A stretch of 64,000 bases of DNA from an archaeon UBA583 (GTDB lineage: Archaea; Nanobdellota; Nanobdellia; Woesearchaeales; UBA583): positions 6,301 to 70,300 of the forward strand of contig DAXK01000045.1 in NCBI GenBank assembly GCA_002506365.1, written 5' to 3'. The notes below the pieces were generated by a model. The model saw only the letters and a list, made by a program, of their open reading frames with translations, did no database searches and was not told the DNA's origin. This document shows positions 10,178 to 20,495 of the stretch, piece by piece. Numbering within the stretch: the first letter of the stretch is position 1; every line of letters starts with the position of its first letter. Both the position numbers and the translations under genes were made by a program.

Positions 10178-11918
10178 TCCAGCTTCAATGTCAAAAGTAA
10201 ATTTATTTGCTAGTTCAGATAAAATTACAGAAATTACAAATTTATTATATGATTTAAAATTAGTTCAATTTTTTGACTTAAAACAAGAAAACTTTGAAAA
10301 ATTTGAACATACTGACTTAAATGAGATCTCACACGAATTATTACAAACTAGATCATCAATCAGGCTACTTAAAAAATACTTTAAAGTAAACACAAACAAA
10401 CCTAATGAAAATGCAATTGATGAAATTTTAAAAGTTAAAACTAAATTAGACGATTTATTAAAAAAAGAAATTTCACAAAAAGATGAATTAAAAAGAACAA
10501 AACTTTTACTAGATTTAAAAGTAAATCCTAAAGATTTAACTAATGAAGATTTAAAAGTTGGATTTATTCCATCAAAAAAACAATTATTACTAAAAAAATT
10601 AACTGCAAATAAAATTAAATTTAATTCCCTAAAACAAGGAAAAAGAATTTATTTTGTATGTAAAACAAAAAAAGAATTAGACTTTGAATTCAAACACTTT
10701 TACTTACCTAAAAAATTAGATGAAAATCTAGAAACAAAATTAGAAAAAACAACTAAATCAATTAAAAAGGCAAATCTTGACTTAAGAAATTTATCAAACA
10801 ATAATTTAGAAAACTTAAGAGCAAAAGAACACCACCTAACAAAAGAATTAGAAATCTTAGAATCAAAACCAAATTTTGCAAAATCAGAAAACATTGTAAT
10901 TATTAGTGGACACATTCCAACAAACAAAGTAAGAAAATTAAAAGTTGAATTAGTTAGATTATTAGTTGATAAATTTGAACTTTCAGTTGAAAAAGCGACA
11001 AGTGATAATACTCCAATTAAATTAAATCATAATCAAGTAACTGGAAACTTTGTAGAATTATTAAAAATGTATTCCTTACCAAAATATAATGAAATTGATC
11101 CAACATTTTTTATCTTTTTAACATTCCCAATTTTCTTTGGATTTATTTTAGGAGATGTTATTTATGGACTAATCTCATTAATCTTATTTACATTTATGAA
11201 AATTAAACTACCTAAAATTAAAGAATTTTTATCCATTCTTCAATTATCTGCTGGTTCATCAATTTTCTTTGGAATTATCTTTGGAGAATTTATGGGTTAC
11301 GAAATTCACGGTTCATTTTACGGATTTTTAGCAAGAAGTCAAGAAGCTACAACACTTTTAGCAATTGCAGTTGTATTTGGTTTAATGCATATCAATTTAG
11401 GATTAATATTAGGATTTGTAAATGAATTATCAAATAAACATACAAAAAAAGCAATTTGTGATAAATTATCATTTATTATTATGCAAATTGGTGTTGGATT
11501 ATTAGCTTACGGGATTAGTGTATCATCTAATCTTTTAACAATTATTGGAAGTGTAACATTGTTTTTATCTTGCGCCCTAATTTACATGGGTCACGGATTT
11601 ATTGGAATTATGGAAATTCCTTCCTTTTTCACAAACATTTTATCATACGCAAGACTTATGGCAGTAGGATTATCCTCAGTTGTAATTGCAATGTTAGTTA
11701 ATCAATATACTGAATTATTTTTCAGTTATGGTGTTTTCGGAATTATTGGGGCTGTTTTAATGTTCTCAATCGGTCACACATTTAATATTGTATTGGGAAA
11801 CTTTGAAGGTTTCGTTCACACTTTACGTCTGCACTATGTAGAACAAATGACAAAATTCTACTCTGGAGGAGGAGAAGAATTTAAACCATTTGGACAAAGA
11901 AAAATCGACCAAGAATAG
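10167..11918 (+). CDS. atpI: A/V-type ATP synthase subunit I (a)
   Basis: YSLPKYNEIDPT, FFGFILGDVIYG, ILSYARLMAVGL and HTLRLHYVE motifs. Confidence 0.96.
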   Translation: MAFSPASMSKVNLFASSDKITEITNLLYDLKLVQFFDLKQENFEKFEHTDLNEISHELLQTRSSIRLLKKYFKVNTNKPNENAIDEILKVKTKLDDLLKKEISQKDELKRTKLLLDLKVNPKDLTNEDLKVGFIPSKKQLLLKKLTANKIKFNSLKQGKRIYFVCKTKKELDFEFKHFYLPKKLDENLETKLEKTTKSIKKANLDLRNLSNNNLENLRAKEHHLTKELEILESKPNFAKSENIVIISGHIPTNKVRKLKVELVRLLVDKFELSVEKATSDNTPIKLNHNQVTGNFVELLKMYSLPKYNEIDPTFFIFLTFPIFFGFILGDVIYGLISLILFTFMKIKLPKIKEFLSILQLSAGSSIFFGIIFGEFMGYEIHGSFYGFLARSQEATTLLAIAVVFGLMHINLGLILGFVNELSNKHTKKAICDKLSFIIMQIGVGLLAYGISVSSNLLTIIGSVTLFLSCALIYMGHGFIGIMEIPSFFTNILSYARLMAVGLSSVVIAMLVNQYTELFFSYGVFGIIGAVLMFSIGHTFNIVLGNFEGFVHTLRLHYVEQMTKFYSGGGEEFKPFGQRKIDQE

Positions 11919-12064
11919 ATTTTTATTTGTTTAAATTTTTGGACACTTTGCGAAAACATTGTTTTCACAACGGCTTAGAAATCTTCGATTTCTTGAAAGA
12001 AAAATCGACCAAGAATAGATTTTTATTTGTTTAAATTTTTGGACACTTTGCGAAAACATTGTTT
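11896..12064 (+). repeat. 69-bp exact direct repeat (period 100) including the atpI stop codon, with hairpins
   Basis: 11896-11964 equals 11996-12064. Hairpins gaaaac-att-gttttc and agaaatc-ttc-gatttct. Confidence 0.9.
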
Positions 12065-12244
12065 CTTTATTTAAATTTTAATTTAAATCAAGGCTTAGAA
12101 ATTTACTAAATTTCTTGATCACGACGGATTAAAATTAATAATTTTTTACTTTGTGATATTATTCACTTTTATTTTTTATAATAATTTATATTAATTTTCA
12201 AAAATAAATTATCTCAAAATAATAATATTTTAATAATATACTTT

Positions 12245-12658
12245 TTACTCTAAAATATCATCTAAAAATTTATCAAATAACATTGAAACATTACCTCGAT
12301 AAACAAATCTTTTATTTTCATTATACTTAAACTCAATCCCTTGAACTTTCACATTATCTACATTATAATCATGAGTTAACCTATACTCAACTCTAATCTT
12401 TCCTTGTTCACAATCAACCTGAATATAATCCTTTTTAATTGAGCAATAATCTAACACTCCACCCTTTTGAAATTTATCCTCTAAAAATCTTTCAAGACCT
12501 CCTGCCTTAGAAATATTGTTCATAATTCCCATTTGATTTTTTTCATTTGCTTTTTTATCAAAAACTTTTTTTTTACCAGAACTAGTTTCTTGTTTTAATC
12601 TTTTTTTTCTATCCTTATGTTTTTCCTTCATCTCTGAAACTTTATTTTGATAAGCCAT
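12245..12658 (-). CDS. Hypothetical basic protein, antisense within the ATP synthase cluster
   Basis: 137-aa ORF filling the atpI-atpK gap, K/R-rich N-terminus. Confidence 0.65.
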   Translation of the reverse strand: MAYQNKVSEMKEKHKDRKKRLKQETSSGKKKVFDKKANEKNQMGIMNNISKAGGLERFLEDKFQKGGVLDYCSIKKDYIQVDCEQGKIRVEYRLTHDYNVDNVKVQGIEFKYNENKRFVYRGNVSMLFDKFLDDILE

Positions 12659-12764
12659 AAACTAGGTATGATTTTTAATATTTATTAAGTTAATTATTTA
12701 TTTCATCTATATAATCATATACTAAATAACAAGACTTATAAACCCTAAAGATTTTAAAACAATT

Positions 12765-13004
12765 ATGGTAGTAGAAACAATGATTTCAACAACAGGTCTA
12801 TTAGGACTTGGAGCAGGATTAGCAATTGGTTTAGCAGCAATTGGAACTGGATTAGGACAAAGAGATGCAATGGCTGCAGCAATTGGAGCTATCTCAGAAG
12901 ACCCAAAAATGTTTTCAAAAGCATTAATTTTCGCAGTTTTACCAGAAACAATTTTAATTTTTGGTTTCGTTACAGCGTTCTTAATTATGGGAATGGCGGC
13001 TTAA
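12765..13004 (+). CDS. atpK: A/V-type ATP synthase subunit K (c, single-hairpin proteolipid)
   Basis: GAGLAIGLAAIGTGLGQ...LPETILIFG with the conserved Glu. Own ttataaa box at 12736. Confidence 0.96.
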   Translation: MVVETMISTTGLLGLGAGLAIGLAAIGTGLGQRDAMAAAIGAISEDPKMFSKALIFAVLPETILIFGFVTAFLIMGMAA

Positions 13005-13026
13005 GCCCCTCCCTTTTTTATTAAGA

Positions 13027-13587
13027 ATGTCTTTACAAGATATTTCTAGAGATATTCAATCAAAAGCAAACCTTCAAAAAGAACAAATTGAAGAACAAAC
13101 TAATGATGCAATTAAAACTCTAGAATCACAATTTGAAAAAAACTTTTCTCAACACAAAGAAAACGTTTTAGAAAAATATGAATCTGAATCTAAATTAGTT
13201 TCAACTAAAATATCTAGTAAATACTCTAAAATCTCAAAAGAATTAGAACTAGACGCTAAAGCTCAAATTTTAGAAACTGTAAAACAAAAAGCTTTAACAC
13301 AAATTTTAAATTTATCAAAAACTGATAGAGAAACTTTAATTCAAAAATTATTTAAACTTGCAAAAAAATTAATCAAATACGATGTAATCTATACTTCAAA
13401 ATCTGATTTAGCTTTTGTAAAATCTCTAACAACTGACAAAATTAAAGTTTGTAGTAAAGCAAATTTAAACGGTTTAGTTTTTGAAACTGAAAATGGTTTA
13501 GAAAAATTAGATTTAAATTTTGAAAATTTATTTACTGATATTTTATCAGAAAATGAAGCAGAACTTCAAAATATTTTATTTAACTAA
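13027..13587 (+). CDS. atpE: A/V-type ATP synthase subunit E
   Basis: MSLQDI coiled-coil N-terminus, GLV..E....LDLNFE and terminal ILF. Position after K. Confidence 0.85.
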   Translation: MSLQDISRDIQSKANLQKEQIEEQTNDAIKTLESQFEKNFSQHKENVLEKYESESKLVSTKISSKYSKISKELELDAKAQILETVKQKALTQILNLSKTDRETLIQKLFKLAKKLIKYDVIYTSKSDLAFVKSLTTDKIKVCSKANLNGLVFETENGLEKLDLNFENLFTDILSENEAELQNILFN

Positions 13588-13596
13588 CTAATAAAA

Positions 13597-14607
13597 ATGG
13601 CTAAAGTAATTAAATTAAAAAAAGACTCCTACAACTCTGCAAAACTAGCTGTTGCGAGTGGTAAACTTTACGGGACTGATAAAATCAAAGAGCTAATTAA
13701 TTTAGATTTTGATGAAATTTTAAGATTTTTAGAAGAAAATGGTTTTAGAAATTCAGTTGACAAATCATATCTTCAATACGATGGATTTTACCTAGTTGAA
13801 AGAGTTTTAAATGATCACTTATCTAATATCTATAAAACTGTTTTTACAGGTTCATCCTCTAAAAATCAAAAATTATTAGAATCATATTATTTAAAATATC
13901 AAGTTCATAATCTTTTAGTAGTTTTAAGATGTAAATTATCTAATGAAACAGAATTTGAAACATATTTAATTGGAGACTCCAGAAGAAAAGAAAAATATAT
14001 CAAAGCATTTGCAATGCCAAACATTGAAGATTCATTAACATATTTACTTAAAAAATCTGGATTTAATCATAAAATTGCTTTAGAAGAATACTCTAAAGGA
14101 TTATATAACTTAGAAAATTATCTATATAGTTCATATTATTCAAAACTAAACGAATTAAATTTTAAATTTAATAATATTGATGAAAAACATTTCTCAAAAT
14201 TTATTAAAAATTATATTGATTTATTAAATGCTAGAACATATTTAAGATTAAAAGTTGAAGACTCTAAAGAATTTAACTTTAAAGATTTTTATATGTTTGG
14301 AGGAAGATTAGTTTTAGAAGATTTCACAAATTTAGATTCAAAATCTACTGAAGATACATTAAACACATTTAATGAAATTTTCGGTGAACTTGAAGGATTA
14401 GAAGCTACATCATTTGAATCACTAGATAAAAGAATTTCCATTCACAAAAAAGAAAGTGAAGGATTATTTAATTCAGTTAGATTCGGTTCACCATTTTTTG
14501 CTTTAAAATTTTTATTTAAAGTTGAAAAAGAAATGGGACAATTAAGAATCTTATTAAAATCTAAATATTTAAAATTAGAAAAATCTGAAATTGAGAGGTT
14601 ATTATAA
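13597..14607 (+). CDS. atpC: A/V-type ATP synthase subunit C (d)
   Basis: YNSAKL, YIDLLN and E...LRILL patterns. Position between E and F. Confidence 0.85.
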   Translation: MAKVIKLKKDSYNSAKLAVASGKLYGTDKIKELINLDFDEILRFLEENGFRNSVDKSYLQYDGFYLVERVLNDHLSNIYKTVFTGSSSKNQKLLESYYLKYQVHNLLVVLRCKLSNETEFETYLIGDSRRKEKYIKAFAMPNIEDSLTYLLKKSGFNHKIALEEYSKGLYNLENYLYSSYYSKLNELNFKFNNIDEKHFSKFIKNYIDLLNARTYLRLKVEDSKEFNFKDFYMFGGRLVLEDFTNLDSKSTEDTLNTFNEIFGELEGLEATSFESLDKRISIHKKESEGLFNSVRFGSPFFALKFLFKVEKEMGQLRILLKSKYLKLEKSEIERLL

Positions 14608-14609
14608 AA

Positions 14610-14897
14610 ATGTCAAAAATAATTGTTTGCGGAAATGAAGAATTTACACTAGGTTTTGAACTAGTAGGAATACAAGCTCAACCAATTGAGAAATTTGAAT
14701 CATTAATTTCAAAATCTTCTGATACTGGAATTATCATTATCTCTCAAGAAGAATATAATAAATTAACTTTAAAATTAAAAAATTCAGTTGATAGATTATT
14801 AAAACCAATCGTTGTAATTTTATCAAAAGAAGATATTAAAGGTGGAAACCTAAAGGACGCGATTATTCGTGCTCTAGGTGTTGATTTACTTAAATAA
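14610..14897 (+). CDS. atpF: A/V-type ATP synthase subunit F
   Basis: G.EEFTLGFELVGI and IIRALGVDL motifs. Confidence 0.92.
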   Translation: MSKIIVCGNEEFTLGFELVGIQAQPIEKFESLISKSSDTGIIIISQEEYNKLTLKLKNSVDRLLKPIVVILSKEDIKGGNLKDAIIRALGVDLLK

Positions 14898-14953
14898 TTT
14901 CATTATATGAAATTTGACGTATTTATTTTATATACTTTGTATATAAAATAAAT
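14896..14953. terminator. Two tandem perfect triloop hairpins after atpF (terminator, stability or REP-like element)
   Basis: aatttcat-tat-atgaaatt (8 bp) and atttattttatatac-ttt-gtatataaaataaat (15 bp). Confidence 0.55.
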
Positions 14954-15236
14954 TTATCATAGAAATTATTTTTATTTCTTAAATTTTAAATAAATTTATT
15001 TATCCAAATATTTTATTTTCTTTACTTATTTGGTTATTTTTTTCAAAATTTATCTCTTAAAAATTTAAATATATTCTCAAAATAATGTTATTTTTATTTT
15101 TTAATTTAGATTATTTTAAAATCAAAATAATTACAATTATACCTTATTTAATTCTAATCTTTTATAGGTTAACTATAAATTATTCAAGTAAATCTAAACC
15201 TTTATAAAGTCTAAATTTTTTCTCTAAATTATAAGA

Positions 15237-16982
15237 ATGGCTAATGATTCAAAAGGTAAAATTATTAGAGTTTCCGGACCAGTTGTAGAAGCTACCGGAA
15301 TCTCCGTTGCAATGTCAGACATTGTAAGAGTAGGAAAAGAAGAATTAATGGGAGAAGTAATCAAAATTGAAGAAAACTCCTTTATCATCCAAGTTTACGA
15401 AAACACAACAGGTGTTAGACCAGGTGAGCCAGTAACAAATACAAAACTTCCACTTTCAGTAGAAGTTGGACCAGGTTTATTAGGTTCTATCTATGATGGA
15501 ATTCAAAGACCATTAGAAATTTTAGAAAAAGAAATGGGTCACTTCATTAAAAGAGGGGTTGACGCTGATGGAATTGATCACAAAAAAGTTTGGGATTTCA
15601 AAGCAACTGTTAAAAAAGGAGATACTTTAACTGAAAGTGCAATTGTTGGAACTGTTCAAGAATTTGACTTTACACATAAAGTAATGTTACCAAATAGAGT
15701 TTCAGGAAAAGTTGCTGAAATTAAATCAGGTAAATTTACTGTTTCTGACGTAATCGGAAAATTAGAAGATGGGACTGAGATTAAAATGTCACACTTTCAA
15801 CCAGTACGGCAAGCTAGAAAATTTAATTCTAAATTAGCACCAGCTGAACCATTAACAACAGGACAAAGAGTATATGATGTATTCTTCCCAGTTGCTAAAG
15901 GAGGAGTAGCTGCATTACCAGGACCATTTGGAGCTGGAAAAACAGTAACACAACAATCAATTGCTAAATGGTCAGACGCTGATATTGTAATTTATGTTGG
16001 ATGTGGAGAAAGAGGAAACGAAATGACAGAAGTTTTAACTGAATTTCCTCACTTAATTGATCCTAAATCTGGAAAACCAATGATGGAAAGAACAGTTTTA
16101 ATTGCAAATACATCAAACATGCCAGTAGCAGCTAGAGAAGCTTCTATCTATGTAGGAATTACAATTGCTGAATATTACAGAGATCAAGGATTAAATGTTG
16201 CTTTAATGGCTGATTCAACTTCAAGATGGGCTGAAGCAATGAGAGAAATTTCATCAAGATTAGAAGAAATGCCTGGTGAAGAAGGATATCCAGCATACTT
16301 ATCAACAAAATTAGCTAACTTTTATGAAAGAGCAGGTTTAGTTGAAACTTTAAACGGAGAAAAAGGATCTGTAACAGCAATTGGAGCAGTTTCACCAGCG
16401 GGAGGAGACTTCTCAGAACCAGTAACACAAAACACATTAAGAGTAGCTAAATGTTTCTGGGCTTTAGATGCTAAATTAGCAGAAAAAAGACACTACTGGT
16501 CCATTAACTGGTTAAACTCATATTCATTATACCACGAATCATTAAGAGATTACTTTAAAAAGAACGCAGATAAAAACTGGGAAGCTAAAGTAAAAGAATT
16601 AATGGGAATTTTACAAGAAGAAGATGCTTTAATGGAAATTGTTCAATTAGTAGGTTCTGACTCATTACCTGAAAACCAACAAATTACACTTGAAGTAGCT
16701 AAAATTATTAGAGAACATCTATTACAACAAAATGCTTTCCACGAAGTTGACAGATTCTGTCCATTACAAAAATCAAATGATTTAATTGATTTAGTTTTCT
16801 TATTTAGAGATTCTGCATCCAAAGCTTTAGAAGCTGGGGTTCCTGCTAGAGAAATCTTAGCAACTAAAGGACAATATGAAATTGCAACAGTTAAATTAGA
16901 AGAAGATTATACTAAAATTTTATCTAAAACTAAAAAGACTATTGAATCCGAAATGGAGGAATTAATTAAGAAATATAAATAG
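15237..16982 (+). CDS. atpA: A/V-type ATP synthase catalytic subunit A
   Basis: Walker A GPFGAGKT, GCGERGNEM and EEMPGEEGYPAYL. No intein. tttataaa box at 15201. Confidence 0.98.
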   Translation: MANDSKGKIIRVSGPVVEATGISVAMSDIVRVGKEELMGEVIKIEENSFIIQVYENTTGVRPGEPVTNTKLPLSVEVGPGLLGSIYDGIQRPLEILEKEMGHFIKRGVDADGIDHKKVWDFKATVKKGDTLTESAIVGTVQEFDFTHKVMLPNRVSGKVAEIKSGKFTVSDVIGKLEDGTEIKMSHFQPVRQARKFNSKLAPAEPLTTGQRVYDVFFPVAKGGVAALPGPFGAGKTVTQQSIAKWSDADIVIYVGCGERGNEMTEVLTEFPHLIDPKSGKPMMERTVLIANTSNMPVAAREASIYVGITIAEYYRDQGLNVALMADSTSRWAEAMREISSRLEEMPGEEGYPAYLSTKLANFYERAGLVETLNGEKGSVTAIGAVSPAGGDFSEPVTQNTLRVAKCFWALDAKLAEKRHYWSINWLNSYSLYHESLRDYFKKNADKNWEAKVKELMGILQEEDALMEIVQLVGSDSLPENQQITLEVAKIIREHLLQQNAFHEVDRFCPLQKSNDLIDLVFLFRDSASKALEAGVPAREILATKGQYEIATVKLEEDYTKILSKTKKTIESEMEELIKKYK

Positions 16983-17067
16983 TCGAAAATAATCTTTGAT
17001 TATTTCGACCTCCATCAACCATTGTGTTGATGTGAGAATCATTTACAAATCCATTGGATTTGAAATG
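16982..17067. other. Three tandem hairpins between atpA and atpB
   Basis: gtcgaaaataatc-ttt-gattatttcgac, catcaac..gttgatg and caaatcc-att-ggatttg. Confidence 0.6.
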
Positions 17068-17095
17068 AATATCTAAAATTAAAAATAAATAAAAT

Positions 17096-18472
17096 ATGGC
17101 AGTAAAAAAAGAATATAAAACAATTAGTAGAGTTGCTGGACCATTAGTTTTTGTAAAGAAAACTCATCCAGTTGGTTATGGAGAATTAGTAGAATTAAAA
17201 ATTAACGGAGAACAAAAATTCGGACAAGTTTTAGAAACTGCTGACGATAATGTTGTTGTTCAATTATTTGAAGGAACACAAGGAGTTGACAAAGATGTAA
17301 CTGTTAAATTCTTAGATGAACCTTTAACAATTAAATTAGACGATTCAATCCAAGGAAGAGTTTTATCAGGAATTGGTAAACCTTTAGATAACGGTCCAGG
17401 ATTAGTTGGAACTAAAACAGAAATTGGTGGAGCAGCTATTAATCCATACTCAAGAGGATTACCTGACAACTTTATTCAAACTGGAATTTCATCAATTGAT
17501 TTAATGACAACTTTAGTTAGAGGTCAAAAGTTACCTATCTTTTCAGGTTCAGGATTAACACACAATGACTTAGCTCTGCAAATTGCAAGACAAGCAAAAG
17601 TAGTTGGTGATGATTCAGAATTCTTAGTAGTTTTCGCAGCTATGGGAATTACAAACGAAGATGCTTTAAAATTCCAAAGAAGTTTTGAAGAATCAGGTGC
17701 GATTGATAATGCAGTATTATTTATTAATAAAGCAGACGATCCTTCTGTTGAAAGATTAGTTACTCCAAGAATGGCTTTAACTGCTGCTGAATACTTTGCT
17801 TTTGAAAAGAATAAACACGTTTTAGTAATTATGACTGATGTTACAAATTATTGTGAATCCTTAAGAGAAATCGGTGCTGCTAGAGAAGAAATTCCTGGTA
17901 GAAGAGGTTACCCTGGATACATGTATACAGATTTAGCTGAATTATATGAAAGAGCTGGTATGATTAAAGGTAAAACTGGATCAGTTACACAATTACCAAT
18001 TTTAACAATGCCTGGTGATGATAAAACTCACCCAATTCCAGACTTAACAGGATATATTACTGAAGGTCAAGTTCAATTAGGAAGAGAATTACACAGAAAG
18101 AATATTTATCCATCAATTGACGTATTACCATCATTATCAAGATTAATGGGTCTTGGGACAGGTAAAGGTAAAACAAGAGAAGATCACAAAAAAGTGGCTG
18201 ACCAAGTATTTGCTTTATACGCTGAAGGTAAGGATTTAAGAGGTCTTGTAGCTATTGTTGGTGAAGAAGCTTTATCAGACAGAGATAAAAGAAAATTAAA
18301 CTTTGCTAAAATCTTTGAAGAAAAATTCCTACAACAAGGATTAGAAGAAGATAGAGAATTCATTAAAACAATGGATTTAGCTTGGGAAATCTTAGGAACA
18401 ATTCCAAGAGAAGAATTAGTAAAAATCGATAATAAATTAAAAGATATTTACTATAAGGAAACAAAGTTATAA
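17096..18472 (+). CDS. atpB: A/V-type ATP synthase subunit B
   Basis: [26 protein letters not shown] and [15 protein letters not shown]. Confidence 0.98.
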   Translation: MAVKKEYKTISRVAGPLVFVKKTHPVGYGELVELKINGEQKFGQVLETADDNVVVQLFEGTQGVDKDVTVKFLDEPLTIKLDDSIQGRVLSGIGKPLDNGPGLVGTKTEIGGAAINPYSRGLPDNFIQTGISSIDLMTTLVRGQKLPIFSGSGLTHNDLALQIARQAKVVGDDSEFLVVFAAMGITNEDALKFQRSFEESGAIDNAVLFINKADDPSVERLVTPRMALTAAEYFAFEKNKHVLVIMTDVTNYCESLREIGAAREEIPGRRGYPGYMYTDLAELYERAGMIKGKTGSVTQLPILTMPGDDKTHPIPDLTGYITEGQVQLGRELHRKNIYPSIDVLPSLSRLMGLGTGKGKTREDHKKVADQVFALYAEGKDLRGLVAIVGEEALSDRDKRKLNFAKIFEEKFLQQGLEEDREFIKTMDLAWEILGTIPREELVKIDNKLKDIYYKETKL

Positions 18473-18479
18473 TTAAACA

Positions 18480-19112
18480 ATGTCAAAAACAATTAGTCCA
18501 AATCGGTCAGAATTACTAAAGTTAAAAACTAGAGTTAAAACTGCCTCAAAAGGTCACTCTCTTTTAAAAAAGAAAAGAGATGGTCTTGTAATGGACTTTT
18601 TTAAGTTACTTGAAAATGCTAAAGATTTACGTAAAGATATGATTTCAACGTATATTAAAGCTGAAGATTCCTTAAAAAAGACGAGGATTTTATCTTATGA
18701 TTTAGAACTTAAATTATATTCAAAGACTACAAAAGGTAGAAATTTAATTGATTTTCAATCCAAAAATATCATGGGTTTATCAGTTCCACAAATTAAATCT
18801 GAATTTAAAAAAAGAGATTTAATTCAAAGACAAAGAACGATTTATTCATCTCAAACTATGGATGATACAATTAAAAAATATGAAAGTTTAGTTGAACAAA
18901 TTATTATTGTAGCTGAAATTGAAACTGCAATGATTAGATTATTATCTGAAATTGAAAAAACTAAAAGAAGAGTAAACGGTTTAGAATTTAATATTATTCC
19001 AGAATTAAAAAAAGCTGAATCTTTTGTAAAATTATCTCTTGAAGAACAAGAAAGAGATAACACAATTAGATTAAAAAAAATTAAAGCAAAGCTTGACAAA
19101 GCACAAGCTTAA
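18480..19112 (+). CDS. atpD: A/V-type ATP synthase subunit D
   Basis: GHSLLKKKRDGL and EIEKTKRRVNGLE. Confidence 0.96.
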   Translation: MSKTISPNRSELLKLKTRVKTASKGHSLLKKKRDGLVMDFFKLLENAKDLRKDMISTYIKAEDSLKKTRILSYDLELKLYSKTTKGRNLIDFQSKNIMGLSVPQIKSEFKKRDLIQRQRTIYSSQTMDDTIKKYESLVEQIIIVAEIETAMIRLLSEIEKTKRRVNGLEFNIIPELKKAESFVKLSLEEQERDNTIRLKKIKAKLDKAQA

Positions 19113-19175
19113 ATATAAATTTAAATAATTTATATATTTAATTTTATTTCTATATTAAAATATTTTATTAATAAT

Positions 19176-20015
19176 TTAATTATTTTTAGAAATACTCTCT
19201 AAATAAATAACCAAACTATTTAATAATTTTAAAAAATTATCAATTCTAATCGTATAGATATCATCCCTATTCTTTTTACTCTCAGCCATTATAACATTTT
19301 TATACTCTTGAATTTGTTCAAAATTACTATCAGTTAATAATTTTCTTAAATCATTTAAATGGATTTCAATACCATATATATTTAAATATTTTTTATTTAA
19401 AATTTCCTCAATAACTGCTTTAAATTCTTCATCAGTATAACCTTTTTCAAACTTCTCAAGATAATTATACTTATTAGTTAAATAATCTGACAAATCTCTA
19501 TGTTGTTTTAAAATAAATGGATTTTCTTTTTTTTTATCTAACTCCATAGATTTTTTCCCAATTAAAATATTCATAAGAGTTAAAATTATCTTTAACTTTT
19601 TTAATGGTTCTTTTTTTAAATTTTTAATATGGTCTTCATTTACTTGAAACCTTATAGCAACTTTATCAAATTCATTTAAATCAATCATATCATCTAATAA
19701 CTTTTTAATAATACTAAACTCACTTCTCCCTTTTCCAATAGGATTTTGATATCTATTAACATAATAATTTAAAATTTCTTGACAAATATTTTCATTAACT
19801 AAAAATATACTTTTAAAAAAATCGTAATCTAACTTATTTTTCTTTTTTCTTTTATGTAAAATATTTCTATACTCATCAGAACTTAAACTTAAATTTAAAT
19901 TATATAACACTAAATCAATATTTTTATAATTATTAATTGACACTTTTTCAAATTCATCAAATTTTTTAATAAAATTACTCTCAGCATCTCCAAATAAATT
20001 AAACTTTTTAAACAT
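19176..20015 (-). CDS. Hypothetical helical protein
   Basis: 279-aa ORF with no recognised motif. Confidence 0.6.
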   Translation of the reverse strand: MFKKFNLFGDAESNFIKKFDEFEKVSINNYKNIDLVLYNLNLSLSSDEYRNILHKRKKKNKLDYDFFKSIFLVNENICQEILNYYVNRYQNPIGKGRSEFSIIKKLLDDMIDLNEFDKVAIRFQVNEDHIKNLKKEPLKKLKIILTLMNILIGKKSMELDKKKENPFILKQHRDLSDYLTNKYNYLEKFEKGYTDEEFKAVIEEILNKKYLNIYGIEIHLNDLRKLLTDSNFEQIQEYKNVIMAESKKNRDDIYTIRIDNFLKLLNSLVIYLESISKNN

Positions 20016-20168
20016 AATAAACTATTAAATTTTAACATTATAAATTTTAAGTTTTACTAACTGTTTACACAAACAAATTAATTATCTAACTAAATACATA
20101 ATTAATATAATTATTAAAGTTTCAAAATTAAACCAATTAAATAAATAGTTTAAAGAATCTAAAAATAT

Positions 20169-20495
20169 ATGAAAAAAAATATACTACTAGGATTATCATT
20201 TATATCTTTACTATCAGTAATACTATTATCAGCATGTTCAAGTGAACCAAATTATCAAAATTTTGAAAAAAGTAAAACAGAATCTTTAACATTTTTAGAA
20301 AATTCAGAACAATTTAGAAATCATCAAGGATTTGACATTTTATTAACAAATGAAGAAATTGTATCATGTGGTAAAAATTGTTTCGAATTTGATTATCAAT
20401 ACTCCGTTTTAGGGGATAAACTTGGTTATGAAAGTAAAATCCAAGTAAAAGATAATGTTGCAAGTTTTATATCTAAGCCAACAGCCTTAAATTAA
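20169..20495 (+). CDS. Putative lipoprotein
   Basis: MKK + hydrophobic stretch + LLSAC lipobox. Confidence 0.65.
   Translation: MKKNILLGLSFISLLSVILLSACSSEPNYQNFEKSKTESLTFLENSEQFRNHQGFDILLTNEEIVSCGKNCFEFDYQYSVLGDKLGYESKIQVKDNVASFISKPTALN

Noticed and set aside
15237-18472. Inteins in ATP synthase A/B
   Set aside because: Lengths are normal and motifs are contiguous.
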